DNA of 63,855 nt, counting the filler, from Reticulomyxa filosa (lineage: Eukaryota > Protista > Foraminifera): the NCBI GenBank assembly GCA_000512085.1. It is 20 parts of 20 records of this genome, joined end to end, with 100 filler letters (N's around TTAATTAATTAA, not from the genome) between each part and the next. Parts side by side here need not be neighbours in the genome. Positions count along the whole stretch, not along the records: positions 14,813 to 17,768 come from ASPP01024994.1; positions 17,869 to 23,737 come from ASPP01041641.1; positions 23,838 to 26,023 come from ASPP01046865.1; positions 26,124 to 28,048 come from ASPP01023355.1; positions 28,149 to 31,933 come from ASPP01021364.1; 15 more parts are not named here. The stretch is one strand, 5' to 3'. The position numbers and the translations under genes were made by a program. The notes beneath the pieces are model-generated. The model did no database searches and was not told the origin of the DNA. It saw nothing but the letters and a program-made list of their open reading frames with translations. This document shows positions 14,713 through 28,229 of this stretch, piece by piece. Within the stretch, counting starts at the first letter, position 1. Each line of letters begins with the position of its first letter.

Positions 14713-15477
14713 NNNNNNNNNNNNNNNNNNNNNNNNNNNNNNNNNNNNNNNNNNNNTTAATTAATTAANNNNNNNNNNNNNNNNNNNNNNNNNNNNNNNN
14801 NNNNNNNNNNNNATTGACTCAATGATGTCACAACCTATCACAATGTAAAAAGTAAGTTAAATGAAAAAACACGTTTTTATTGATGATATAGATTCAAAAA
14901 TGAATTTTTTGTTTGCTATTCGAATTCTCTACGAAAAATTGCACTAGAAAATATTTTTATTTTTTATAAACATGAACAGTCTATTATCATTGGAATTCGA
15001 AACAAAGTGAGTCAATTGAACCACAATATAAAACTCATTGACAAAGCAACTCCAGTTTCATGTAATGATCTTTATAAATTGTGCAATTAGGCATCATTCA
15101 AGCAGTTGATAGATTTAATTGATGTTGTTTTAAAGTAATAATTGTATTGTTATTCGTTTATGTTTCCTAGTGTTCCACAAGTTATCTCATCAGTTCGCTT
15201 ATAACAGAGACAATTTAAAAACAGGTTCATCGATGATTTTTCGACACCAGCAAACTTATACGTAATGTTAGACTGTTCTTCAAATTAGAAAAGGTTCATT
15301 ATATTTTTTAAAGTTGGGACAAAAGGTTGTTTGCCAAAAAAATCTCTAATTGATCCAAAAGAAGATGAAAGGAAACTTACAAAACCCCCACATAATTATA
15401 CACATTTTTTGGTATTACAACCGGTGTCCCCCCTCAGATTAGTACACGTTCTTCAAACACAAAACTTCTCGTTTCTT

Positions 15478-16624
15478 TTAACTATTGATAGTGTTCCCAG
15501 TGGTTGTTGAATAGGTTGGTACAGTATACTGACCGTTGTAGGGCTGATCGTTATTGGATTGTACCCCACTGTAGTAGGACTGCGATTGGACATTGTTGTA
15601 GGATTGTTGCTGGGTGCCACTGTTATAGGATTGCTGCTGGAGCAGGTTACTGTTGTAGACTTGTTGTTGAGGGACAGCATTTTTGCTATTGATAACTGTT
15701 TGCGCAGTGTTCATCAAAATGGTTTCAGCTTCGGTCGAGTAAGTTGAGTATTGTTGTTTCATAGCCACGTACGAATTGACCATCGCGGTTAGGTCGTATT
15801 CCAGTGCCAAGCTTAATGTCTGCCCTCTCATTTGAGCATTTGTATCAGACGACATTTGGTATTGTATGATCAGCGATCTTAATTCTTGCTCAAGGAGTTG
15901 ATTCTGATTGACCACTGTTTGCACTACCACGTTGGTCGATAAAATTTGGTCCGCGTATCCGCATTTCACTCCATGGTTAGGTCGATTTGCGTCTAGCCAT
16001 TCCTTTATCTTTTCCACAAATTCATTCGAACGTGTCTTGCTTTCATGGTTGGCAATCAACTTGAGTGCACCATTGGAAAAGTGTAAATTAACGTCGTAGG
16101 TTATACGAGCTGTATACGTATACATACAAGTATCACAAAAAGAAAAAAGGATCATTCTTTTATATGTTCCCCCTTTTTTTTATAACTTCGATTGTTCTTT
16201 CCTCTGGTGATAACCAGTTTAATTAGAACAGCAGTTAATTGTGACAACTTCCCTGCAGCGGTCTTATTAAGCTGTAAATTCAGAAAGTATCCTTTGACTA
16301 CGTAGAGAACGTCTTGGGATGGATTAATAACGAGCCAGCCTATTTTTGAAAAAAATCACCATCCGTCCCTTTTTTTCTTTTCGGGTTTTAAAAAAATTTT
16401 TGTGCATGAACATAACTTCCGCCACTTACAGCGACGAAAATAAAGCCAATGGCAATAAAAACGGCCGAAATAATTAGTCCAGGTGGTGAAGCACCAGAGC
16501 TAAGCGCTGCAATTTCGCCGATAAGGCCCGCTACTAGAAAAAACGCTCCCCAAAACCCAAGTAACGTCCATTCAAAGAATTGAACGACAGTCTCTCCAAC
16601 TTCACCCTGATATTTTCGACACAT
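15478..16624 (-). CDS. Hypothetical two-TM membrane protein with Q/N/Y-rich tail (at least 3 exons)
   Basis: Exon 16624-~16415 encodes two hydrophobic helices; an exon at ~16340-16190 (WLVINPSQDVLYVVKGYFL) and the long exon from ~16110 join through GT-AG introns. Confidence 0.6.
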
Positions 16625-17037
16625 GACCGAAACTTTGAAAACAGCAAAAAAACCTCAAAGGACAATAAACAGGGACACCAGGAAAAGGAACGTTAAACCT
16701 GTTTCATACCAGTAAGTAGTGGCTAATTGTTTTGTTTTTCGCTTTTCTTTTAAGAATTAAGAATTTTGTTTGTGGATTCAATCTTTTGCTTTATCTTAAT
16801 TGACGTTTGACAAAAAATATTATTAAAAGTTGAAGCATTTTTATTTTTTGGATATTATTGCCAATTGCAATGTGCTGTGTTGCTTAGCATTGTGTTTGAT
16901 AATTAGTGATGTGCTTATTCCACAAAGTTATCATACAGATCCGGCTTACGACACCTTGAAACAGTAAAAAACTAGGCCCAAGCAGCCTTCGTTAAAAAAA
17001 ACGACAGCACTTGCTGAGCCTTGGTAATTGGGCCAAA

Positions 17038-17660
17038 ATGAAATGGCTAATCTTATTTATGCTGTTCGTCCATTGCAAAGCTATTATAACTTGTAATAGA
17101 AGAAGCAGTTACTACGTGTGCAGCACACCAGATTCTTGTTCGGGTTTGACGGTGAAAATAGCAACTAATAATTGTTCTATTGTGTGCAGTGGAAGCAATT
17201 CGTGCCAATTTATTCGAGGTTTGATTTTTATATTGTAATCTTTTTTTTTTTTTTTTTTGTTATGGGTCATATTATAGTGTCAACAAAATGAAAGTGTATT
17301 ATGTGTGTGTGTGTGTGTGGGGGAATAGTTTTACAGACATCACAAGCCTCTGCAAAATTGAACTTGAACTGTTCAGGCGAGCATTCATGTAAAAATTGGG
17401 CAAGTTTCGATTTGGATAATTTTGATTGGAGTTGTTCAGGCTCATTTTCTTGCGTCAATGTGTCTGCACACTGTTCGGGAACCTGCAACATGGCCTGTGG
17501 CGCTAGTCAAAGCTGTCTTAACACGACCTTTTATTGTGACAGTACAGCAGCCTTTTGTTCAGTCAGTGCCTCTCGCCTTACACATTCGGCCAATTTTTAT
17601 TGTAACCGATCGTCGGAAGGATGTTCGTGTCAAAATTGGACATGTGCAGTTTGCAATAGA
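17038..17660 (+). CDS. Secreted cysteine-rich protein with CxGxxSC repeats, probably 3' partial
   Basis: Signal-like MKWLILFMLFVHCKA; intron 17219-17328 joins in frame; CSGSNSC, CSGEHSC, CSGSFSC, CGASQSC repeats. Confidence 0.72.
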
Positions 17661-17722
17661 CTTTTTTTTTTTTGTGTGTTTTCCAATAATAAACACTTAT
17701 ATTATCGCACGTTTCAAAATTT

Positions 17723-17753
<31 letters not shown>

Positions 17754-18241
17754 CCCCCCCCCCCCCCCNNNNNNNNNNNNNNNNNNNNNNNNNNNNNNNN
17801 NNNNNNNNNNNNTTAATTAATTAANNNNNNNNNNNNNNNNNNNNNNNNNNNNNNNNNNNNNNNNNNNNTTTTTTTTTTTTAGGAAGGACCATTTTGGTCC
17901 GTGAAAATCAGAATGCCAATTCTTCAAGACCTTCTAACTCTTCAAGTTATTCCAGCTTTTGCGACCATCTTTCAGACCATCCCAACTTTTCTGACCATTC
18001 CAATTCTTCAAACTCCAACAACATTAATAACCACTTTTAAAGTTTTTTAAAACTAAAATTTTGTCAATTTGGATATTCATGATTTATTATTTTTTGATTG
18101 ATTGTTTTCACTTGAAGAAATACAGCAATTATGTTTTTTGTGTGGTATTGGTGTTCCCACTAAATTTTTAAATGACAAACAAAATACTGCGATTTGTCGT
18201 GCCTTTTAGAGAAAGGAAAAATATATTACTTGTAACACATC

Positions 18242-18480
18242 TTATGATTCCAAGTCCAATATTGTGACCACATTATTATAGAATGAAAAAGCTACAAGAA
18301 ATCTACCGCCTGGAGATAATTTTGCTTTTAAGTCATCATATATGTCTATTTCTTTCACTTTTTTATCCAATTTCATATCCAATAAACTAACTGTTCTGGT
18401 AGTTGATAATGCAGCTATTTGTCTATTCGGCAAAACAAGATCTGAATCCAATTGAGAACATTTGATGGATTACCAAGTGC
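18242..18480 (-). pseudogene. Possible WD40/beta-propeller fragment
   Basis: AKLSPGGRFLVAFSFYNNVVTILDL resembles a propeller blade; short and stop-bounded. Confidence 0.3.
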
Positions 18481-20946
18481 AGTACTTACAAAATATACTA
18501 TTTTCAAGCAAAGATTAGCTATTTGATGAGTTTATCAAGCAATAGTACTAGATTTAATGTGATTTGTTTGATATGCTTATTGCCTCAATGCATAAGCGCA
18601 TTCATGCTGTGGTAAAGACCAATGATGATGCCACCAAGTGGTAAATTACACATAAAAGATTCTTTTAAACACAAGTGTAAACCTTTGTTAAATGGATTAT
18701 TTTTTCTTTACAGTTTGATATAGATTTAATAAATTTTTTTAAAAAAAGAAGGCATACTGTAAAAGCTAGCTAAAAAAATAGAATGTATAACCTTTCAAAT
18801 AAATTCAAGAGATAAGATAGTACAACATATATGAAAGATAGTCTGTTATTTGTTCTATGTATCTACAATTTCAACATTAGATTACAAATTGACAATTAAT
18901 ATGAAATAAATTGAAACATGACACAAGAATGATTCAATGATGGCTGTGTTCTTTTGGGCTTGTACACAGGCAGTATACGTATATAACAGATTACGAGATT
19001 CCATTTACTATTAACTCGCTATGTTGTACAAAAAAAATACATTGATATCGTGATCCAAATGGCAGAACTTTCAGTCAGAAGCAATACTAATTGACTGCGC
19101 AATATCTATTTTTGCAATTTAATTGCAGCACTAATGAACAAGATATATTGAAAGACGCAATTAACGATAAAGAAGGAGTAAATGATACTTACAAACATAT
19201 TGACAATGAAATATGTGATATTTAATATGCATTGTATGGATTATTGAAAGGAGTTTTTATGGATTTGGAAGTGATGCAAAAGATATTTCAACTGAGTACA
19301 ATTAACGGACTGCCAGCATACGCCACATACAAAGATATTGTCCACATTGAGCACGAGGGAATAGACGAAGTCTTGTATATCTCGCATAGACAAGTGAGTA
19401 CAAAGACAAAAATGAAGATAATGAAATAAGATATCTTAAATTTTGCCATTGAAAAAAGGAAAAAAAAATGAAAATGAAAAAATAGCTATTATAGCTACAA
19501 CTTGTGTATGGTTTACATAAAGGCACAATTCATATCTGGGAATAAGAGACATTTTCCGACAATGTATAATTAAAAGGACAAGAAAGAAAATAACACTATG
19601 ATTTAATCAAACCAAACAATGTCGTCAGACAAATTAGTGAAAATATTATTTGAAATTTTGTGTGTTTTAATATACACAAAAATTTAAGTTTATATTATAA
19701 TTGTATTAAATCTAAAAAATATTAATAAATGCTTTGTGCATGAATTCTTCAAAAAACAAAATCAAAATATTATACTATTATCAATATAGTTTTTTTGATT
19801 GGAATAAGTCTGAAAAAGTTTGTTCAAAATGCAAATAAATGAAGTTAAGCAAATAAAAAATATAAATTCAATATATTTTTAAAGAAAAAGCACTTCTATA
19901 TTTCACTTGCGCAACCAAATAAAGCATATATTTCATAACTGTATTGACGAATTAAAAAATTTTTAAAAACAAATTATTTGTGAAAAAGTTACTTTGATAT
20001 GACTAACAATAAAATTATCATCAACAAAAAAAAACTATCAATTTACAAAACAACAAACGATATAATCCATAAGCATGATTACAAAAAATAACGGCAACAG
20101 CAATTGCATTGTCATTAAAAGTGCAATTAATTTTAAAAAAAAGGAAAAAAGGCAAAAAATAAAAAAATATTATTTTTGCTTTTTTGTCTTTTTTTACTTT
20201 TTTTGATCCACAATAAGAATCTAGCTATCAATATAAAAAAGGCTTCCTTAAGTATTATACAGTGTATGTACATATATAATATACAAAATTTGATGTTATA
20301 TTACGAAAATATATTTATGCAATTGATCTCTTTTGCTAGTAAAAATGTTTTTTTGCACAAGCACAAAATTGTTGATTTTTACAATTATTTCATATGTTAC
20401 TTACTTTCATAAAAAATAATTTGAGAATTTTAATGCTTTATTTGTTGAAAAGCTGAAGCTAGCTACAAGAAAAACTTTGCGTCAAATGGTTGCAATGATG
20501 TAAAAAATTGTTTATAAGATTATAACGTTTTTTATTTATTAGATTGTTTGAAAATATAACTGTGTAAATTTAAAACAATAATGATGCTGCAATTATTACA
20601 AAAAAGAAAAATTAGCATTGAAACTTGAGACAAATTTATTAGATTAATTATTGATGTCTATAACCTTAACCTTGGAAAAAAAGAAAATTTACAGACATCT
20701 GTATGTGTTGAAGGTTATTTACAATGATGTGGATTTTCGGGACAAAATAAACGAGATTTTTATCTAAAGGTGGTCGCTTTTTTCCGACAAACATTTACAG
20801 TTTTTGGCGAACAAACCATCCAAGAACAAGTCGATTCCACCCGATCAAACGAACAAAAGACTGCACACTGACACACAAAGAAAAATAGCTCAAAAAAAGC
20901 TTCGACACAGCTACACTCATATGTTATCATGCGCGGATGGACGACC

Positions 20947-23645
20947 TTAGAGATTTAGTTCCGATTGTCTCTTGTTTTTCAATTTCTACATATAAAATCA
21001 GCACACGCACACCACACAAGCATTAGATAAGAAAATGTTCAGTTTTGAAAAAAAGTAAAAAATGGGAATATAATGAAAAAAAAAAAAAAAATCACCTCAG
21101 AATCATGTTCTGGAACATCATCATTTTCTCCCAAATCCATATCATCACCTGTTTCCGGTTGTTTTTGTGGTGGAGAACTAAAGGCTGGTAGTTTTGGGTT
21201 AGGCAACTCCATTGGAGGGACAACATCAGCGTCTTCGTCGGCATTCTGCCAGTCTTGTTCCAACATATTCAACACTGCATCATTTCCTCCTGCATCATCG
21301 TTTTCCTCTTGAGAACTTGTGCCAAGAAGAGGTCTAGGTAATTGAGGAAGCACCGGTGGCGCTTTGGGTGCGGCGTTTTCTTCAGGAGCAGCAGGAGCAG
21401 CAGCATCAGTAGTATCATTATCAGAAGGTCGACGAGGCGAAGCAGGTGCATTTGAAATGTTAAAGTTGCCATCTCCCGACTTTACTTCCGCCAACTCAAC
21501 GGTCTGTCCATTGTCTGCTCCTCCCCCTTCGGATTTGTTTCGACGTCCACTGGGGTCGATTGTGCTTTGCAGCGTGGCTTTGCGTAGCAATTTAGCAGGT
21601 GCAACTCCGGCCATAATGGCATCCTTGTCCTCTCCCGTTGCGTCAATTGAGCGAATGAGATTTTGTTCGGCTTCGGGTTTCTTTTTGCTTCGATACTCGA
21701 TCACGCGTCTTCGAACGGCCTCTGCAAACAAGCACAGCACAATCAACACGAGAATCAAAATGAAGACTTGCCAAACGGTTGTCTGTGCCGTCACGCCCAA
21801 GTACTTGGTTGTGGCTGTGACCGAGGCTTTGGCCGCCACTTGGCCCACCATACGAGCTTTCACATAGCAACTGATATTCTGCGCTGCCAATGAGGGCCAA
21901 TAGACTTGACCACTGATCTCTCCGCTGTCAACGCCATACGTAATTTTGGTGGGATCCTCCGCACTGTATGTGTCTTGATTGACCGTGACGTCAATAGCGA
22001 ATCCATTTTGGAAACAGCTGTCGTAGCTATTGTACGGGGCCGTGTTGATCACATAAATATTCACTGTGCAGTTGCTGCTCACTTGATAGATATCCGTCGC
22101 AATGTACTCAAGCTTGTATCGCTTTCCGGGAGTAAGTGCGACTCCGCTCATAATCGACACCTTTGTCTGCGATTCGTCAGGAGTGCTGGATCCACTCCAC
22201 ACCCATTCCCATATTCCAATACTAAAGCTTTGGTCGTCTTTGGCCATTGGCACTTGCCAATACACCGCGACGTCTTCCGATTGGTTCTTTGCAAATGCGA
22301 AAAAGTTGGTATTGGGGCAAAACGTCCATTGTGGAGCCCGGTCTGCAACGAATGACAAACACATATATATTACAAAGGTCATTACACAATATATATACAT
22401 ATATATAATTTTTTTTTTTTTTTTTTTTCTTCCAAAAAAAAAAAAAAAAAAGTTGGAAAAAAACACAAACTGGAAGTCGGTGTTTGCGTAGGTTTATTGG
22501 TTGGAGCCGGGGTTGGATAACCGGTCTTGTAACAAGTGGCCAAGATTCGAACTGACGATTGAGGATACTGGGCATAGATCCAGTTTGCGGCATCGGGAGG
22601 ACGGTCTTTAGAGATGGAGTTATTGGTTAAGAGACGGTTGGGCATTGTCTCCGTGTCCAACGCGGTGTTGTACTCTTGCAAGTACCACTGGCCGTCAAAG
22701 AACTTGAGAGAGACGGTGTTGTCCTCCTTCAGCCACCACCACTTTCGATTGATGAAATACGACTGTCTACGGTACCAACCATTGAATTGGAGCGGGACAG
22801 TGGACAATGGCTGGCTGGCATTGGATACATAGATGGAGACACATTGTGATCTTGTGGGCGCCATTGTCGGAGGCCTGGTCGGTGCCTGTGAAGGCGGCAT
22901 TGTGACGTCACATACCGTGGTGATGTATACACCCGATCCCTGGTGCCACGTTTGATCGGCGCTCATGTATTGGCGATGCCAAAGTGCGTACGCTGGCGGC
23001 CTCCAGTCTGTCGATGTCACAGTGTAGGAATTATTCAATCCTTTGTTTTTGTTTATATCAAACAGTACCCACGAGGAGCTGATATACGTGATGTTCTTCT
23101 TCGTGTCATCCACTTTTACCCACTGGCCGCGGTTGTGTGAGTCATAGCGTGTCAGCCCATACGTTCCGTCAAATTCAGATAGTCCACGTACAATTATAAA
23201 AGAGCAGTTGCTACGAGCTTTACGTATTCAGTGTTTGTTATTGTGTTTGTATGTATACATGTATGTAGATAGGTAGGTATGTAATGTATACTTTTTAATT
23301 TGTATGCATCAAATTAAATAAATTTATTAAATAAAAAAATTATATGTATAAATAAACTTGGTGCTTTTGTAGGCGCATTGGTCGGATGACGGGTGGGATG
23401 TCTGGTCGGATGTCTGGTCGGATGTCTGGTTGGACTCTTCGTTGGACGTCCTGTACAACAATTGCATTCACACATGGCTGTAACAAACGATAATGATACA
23501 AAAGCTAATTAAAAAACGTAACGTGTTGGCCGTTTGGTCGGATATCGTGTGGGTCGTTTTGTTGGGCTTGTTGTAGGATGTCTCGTTGGATGTCTCGTTG
23601 GTGCTGCCGATGGAGGGCGGGTGGGATGTGGTGTTGGGAACCAAT
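20947..23645 (-). CDS. Type I membrane protein: PT-repeat stalks, HYR-like domain, TM helix, acidic/Pro-rich tail (5' partial, multi-exon)
   Basis: PTRHPT exons 23360-23645; exons ~23200-22480 and 22342-21095; APQWTFCP..VYWQVPMAKDD..YIATD..SNCTVNIYV is HYR-like; TM VFILILVLIVLCLFA; last exon 20985-20947 KLKNKRQSELNL*. Confidence 0.75.
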
Positions 23646-23700
23646 ACACTAAATTTGTTTTGACAAGTTTGGTATTTGTTTTAAATGCCTTTATTAATAG

Positions 23701-23737
<37 letters not shown>

Positions 23738-24019
23738 NNNNNNNNNNNNNNNNNNNNNNNNNNNNNNNNNNNNNNNNNNNNTTAATTAATTAANNNNNNN
23801 NNNNNNNNNNNNNNNNNNNNNNNNNNNNNNNNNNNNNTTTATTAAGAAAATTGGAAAAAATGTATAGAAAATTTTATTTAATAAAAATGAAAAAAAATAA
23901 AAAAGAATGATAAAATAAAAAAAATTAGAAATGTTAAAAAATGAAAAAAAAAGATAAAAAAGAGAAAAAAGAAAAGATAAAAAAAAAGAAAAAAGAAAAA
24001 AAAGTAAAAGTGAGAAAGT

Positions 24020-26023
24020 GATGAAAATGATGATAAGAAGAGATGCTCAATTTGTGGAGGAGTTTTGCGAAACTCCGTCAAACATTGGAAGAAATAAAGT
24101 GAATGTGAATATGAGAATAAAAATGACAAAGAGAAGCTCGCGTTGTACATGTAAAAAAAAAATAACTAGTCGTCAGGTTTTCGGAATGTGGTTATGTACT
24201 GGCCTTTCACGCTCGCGAGTGTAGACGATTATTTCCAGACATGCAATATTTTCATATAGCGCGCTCCGATCAATGAACGAGTATGATAACTCGAACATTT
24301 GAAAAAACTTGTTCGCCATCAATGTAGGCGCACAAAAATGTATAGGATAATTGTTGGCGTGGCAAAGCGCCAAAGAGAACGTCAAACTGTGATCTACATG
24401 CGCCAACAAACAAGTGAAATTCGGATGTCATGAAATGGCGCAAACTGTATCAACACATGAATTAGGAACTCGTGCCGAAACTTATCGTGTGCGTACGCAC
24501 ATTAGCAATTTGGATCTTGGTCAGTGCTATCGTGGAAAGTTGGCAATGTTTTACATGTTCAAGCCCGGAAATTTGGACCTTGGTGCAACTAAATGGCGAA
24601 AGAAAGTTCACCAAGAAGAAAAAAGAAGATGTGGCGATACGCAAAGTAGAAAAGTGTTGTGTCGCAACGTCGACAGAGAATGATGAAAAAAATATAGTGA
24701 AAGCAAGTTCGCCAAGAAGAAAAAAAGAATGTGTATGTCGTGCAAAGTGGTGGAGAAGTTGTGGCGAAACTCCGTCAACACAGCGGCAAGCAAGAAGAAA
24801 AAGATTGTGAGGATGAAGAGAAGAAAAAAAAATGGTATGTACATATCCATTTGAATTTGATTTTTTTTAAAAAAATAACCAGTCAGATGGCTTTGTTGAG
24901 TTTTGTTATAGAATTATCCTTCATACCTAGAAACGCGCAAAGTCGCCACTTGCGGGCGTGGACCAACTTCCAATATCGCGCCCCAATGGAAAACTCAAAA
25001 CGATTGTGGCAATTTCAAGCGTGGTAGTTCGAAGCATTGTAAAGAACGTTTGGCATCAACTCGGGCTCATAAAAGTTTCTACGGATAATGGTCGGCGCGG
25101 CACAGCACCAAAGAAGGTGTCAAACTGCGATCTATATGCGCCAATGAACAGGGAACACTTGGTCGTTATGAAAATTGCGCTAACTTTGATAACGCAAAGA
25201 TTGAGCACTCGTGCCAAAACTGGTCATGTGCGCACATCCGCAACTTTGGGTTTTGGATCATGCGTATACTGATTGGAGAAACCTTTGAGCTCGTGAAACA
25301 TTGGACATTGATAATCGTTGAAGAAAGAAAGAGAGCTAGTTGCATTTTCCGAGTCCATCGCTGCAAGAGTTGTGTGCATTGCGTTTGTCGAACAAACGAC
25401 TGTTATCTTTGCCGAACTGCCTCCTGGACCGACTATGAGCCGCTGACGACGTGTTGGGTAGCAATCAAGAAAGCAAGAAGTGAAAGACGAAGAAGGAAAG
25501 GACGTGAACATGGTCAAAAAATAATCGACATTGCGATTGAGCAACCACTACATCGGGAGAATCGTCCTATGTAAGAATTGTTCAATTTAGCTGTGCGGAA
25601 ACTTCAAGACACTGGCAAGAAAGAATAGAAAGAGGATGATGATGATGAAGAGAAGAAAAATAATATCAAGCCAGTATCAAGTTGGATTGTTTAAAGGGGA
25701 AAAAAAAAAAAAAAGAAAGCAGTTGGCCGGCTTTATTAAAATTGGTAATTGATTTGTCCTCTACGTATCGAAACGCGTAAAATCGCCATTCGCGGACGTA
25801 TACTAATTCCCATAGTGCGCCCCAATGGAAAGTGTTAAATGAATATGACAATGTCAGCAGCAGTAGCCCGAAGTATTGCAAAGAACTTGTTTATGATCAA
25901 CGTAAACAGACACAAGTCTCTGGCGCTGTGCCAAGCCGACAATTAGCCTCAAAGATCGTATCAAACTGCGAGCTACTGATGCGAACAATGGAAACTTGGT
26001 CGTAATGGAAATGGCGCGCTAAT
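24020..26023 (+). repeat. Three degenerate tandem copies (~700-840 bp) of a pseudogenic exon-intron unit
   Basis: Shared anchors: GCGAAACTCCGTCAA at ~24067 and ~24765 (variant ~25597); GCGCCCCAATGGAAA at ~24978 and ~25818; TCAAACTG(C/T)GA at ~24382, ~25120, ~25961. Confidence 0.7.
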
Positions 26024-26123
26024 NNNNNNNNNNNNNNNNNNNNNNNNNNNNNNNNNNNNNNNNNNNNTTAATTAATTAANNNNNNNNNNNNNNNNNNNNN
26101 NNNNNNNNNNNNNNNNNNNNNNN

Positions 26124-27130
26124 CATTTCTCCAAATACTGTTATATGCTGCAGAAATATCCAATAACACTGCATATGTCACTAAATTGCAATTGAATGAG
26201 TTAATCTCAATAACAACTCATCTGTGTTATGCCAAGACCGGAATCCTGCTTGTGTTTGATGCAATAATTGCTTTTTATTTAACCACCACAATGTTTGCCT
26301 TATCCGAAATAGGAATACCAATGATTCAATCATTGCGTTGCCACCATTCTTGAGAATTTGACTGTGACAAATGTCTCATAGCTTCAATAACTTCTTCTTT
26401 TGTAATATCATTTTGATGAACATCACCAATGAAATCATATTCAATTCCAATAGTTTGACAATTGGCATCTTATGGAATCGTTTAACTTCTTGAATTTGAT
26501 ATCCATAATCTTCCAATGTCTCCTTGATTTTATCATCGCTTTCGCGGGTTGATACTCCTCGATCTATTTACTTCAGGATTAGTCACTGCTTCTTCACACT
26601 TTTTCTTTTATTCAGCAGCGAATGTCTTACGATAAATGTCACATCTTGGTTGCTTTACAATATGCTTATCATCTAGATTTTCTTATCTGTCCATCCTTCT
26701 CATCATTGAAGTTATGAGCTAGTTGATTTAGTTGCTGCTCATTAATATCAACTGTAAAATGAGCAAATAATGTCCTGGAATTTCCAGAGAATGTACTGAC
26801 GACGATCGTTGGCGTATTCGTACATAGGAATTGTCGTCGAACTTGCATGTTTTTCTTCCACACATTTTCAAATGTGATTTCATCAATCTTCTTTTCTTCA
26901 TTTTGAGCTATTTAATACAACTTGAAACGTCGATGATTGATGCTTACTTTCTTTGCAATTTCATCCTTTAACCATCATTTGGTGTCTTTCGTTTTATGGC
27001 TATTCGCCTTGTGCCACTTGTGTCGACGTCCATGTCATTATTCGACGTCATTTTGGATTGTCGTTGTTTATTTCTGGTATCAGGTATATCAATACCATCC
27101 AGTAAAAGAGTTACTATCTCAGTTACTTCG
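26124..27130 (-). mobile_element. Non-LTR retrotransposon (LINE) ORF2 remnant, N-terminal RT region
   Basis: DITKEEVIEAMRHL, KANIV and AVLLDISAAYNSIW (cf. FLDISKAFDSVW RT motif) in the expected order; multiple stops. Confidence 0.7.
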
Positions 27131-28229
27131 GTACACTTAAAGCAACTGATGACAATATACGAGGTAAAATTTTAAAATTACTTCCACATCTCACACACCA
27201 CACAAAGATGCAGAACCGACTATACCTCCGAAAATGAACTGCAACAAAAGACGTTGCCAAAAGGGTAAAAAGGTTAAAAACAACACTACAGTCACAATAT
27301 CACAAAATCCAACTATAAAAATTAATTTTACTAGTAAAAAAAATTTTTGGACTTTGTCTTGAAGATTCTTGTTGGTTTGAAGCTAGTTAACTCTTCGACT
27401 ATTTCGAAACGAAATATCTTGTTAATCTAACTTTAATTGAGCGATAATCTTCCAAATCTTGAAATTTTTCACGATGATCGACGATGATCAAGTATATATA
27501 TTTTTTTGTACTTCGGGTTGTTCATTGTCTTTCTTTTTCTTTTCTTCATTTTCGTCTTCTTCTTTATTTTCTTGTTGGTGCAACTCATCAAAGTTTTTTG
27601 AAATCTTTCAAACAAAATTTGCAAGGGGCTGACGCTATTCCTGGAAAAACCAAAATTTTTTCCACTGGGATCACTTCCTGGATTTTCCAAAAAAATTCCA
27701 ATAATTTCCAATAACTTCCAAATTTTTCCAATTCCAATCCACGGAGGAGATGCAGTTCTTGATGAATAATAATTACTGCCACAGTTTGGGCTTTCCAATG
27801 TCACCAATGCCCTGCTGTCACCCAAATCTTTCCAACCAATAACTGTCTTCAAAAATTTCACCACTGCAGCTGGAAAATGACTGGTTCAATTTCCAAAAGA
27901 AACTTTAAAAAACCGAAAGATGTCGGTGTCTTTGAACTTTTTGAGTACAAATAACCCTCAAAAAAATAACTTTTTTCAGTTAAGTTGAAAATGATAATGA
28001 ATGGGATATAATTTTTTTTTTTAGTTTGGTTCATCACACCAAGAATTCNNNNNNNNNNNNNNNNNNNNNNNNNNNNNNNNNNNNNNNNNNNNTTAATTAA
28101 TTAANNNNNNNNNNNNNNNNNNNNNNNNNNNNNNNNNNNNNNNNNNNNTTTTTTTTTTTTTTTTTTTTTTTTTTTTTGGATTGAACCACCTCTCCCCTTT
28201 CATTTTTCCTAAAAGTAAAAAAAAAAAAA

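Noticed and set aside
25420-25574. Possible WWE domain (WTDYEP..IKKA..IDI..NRP)
   Set aside because: Resemblance is weak, lies in degraded sequence, and was not evident in the sibling repeat copies.
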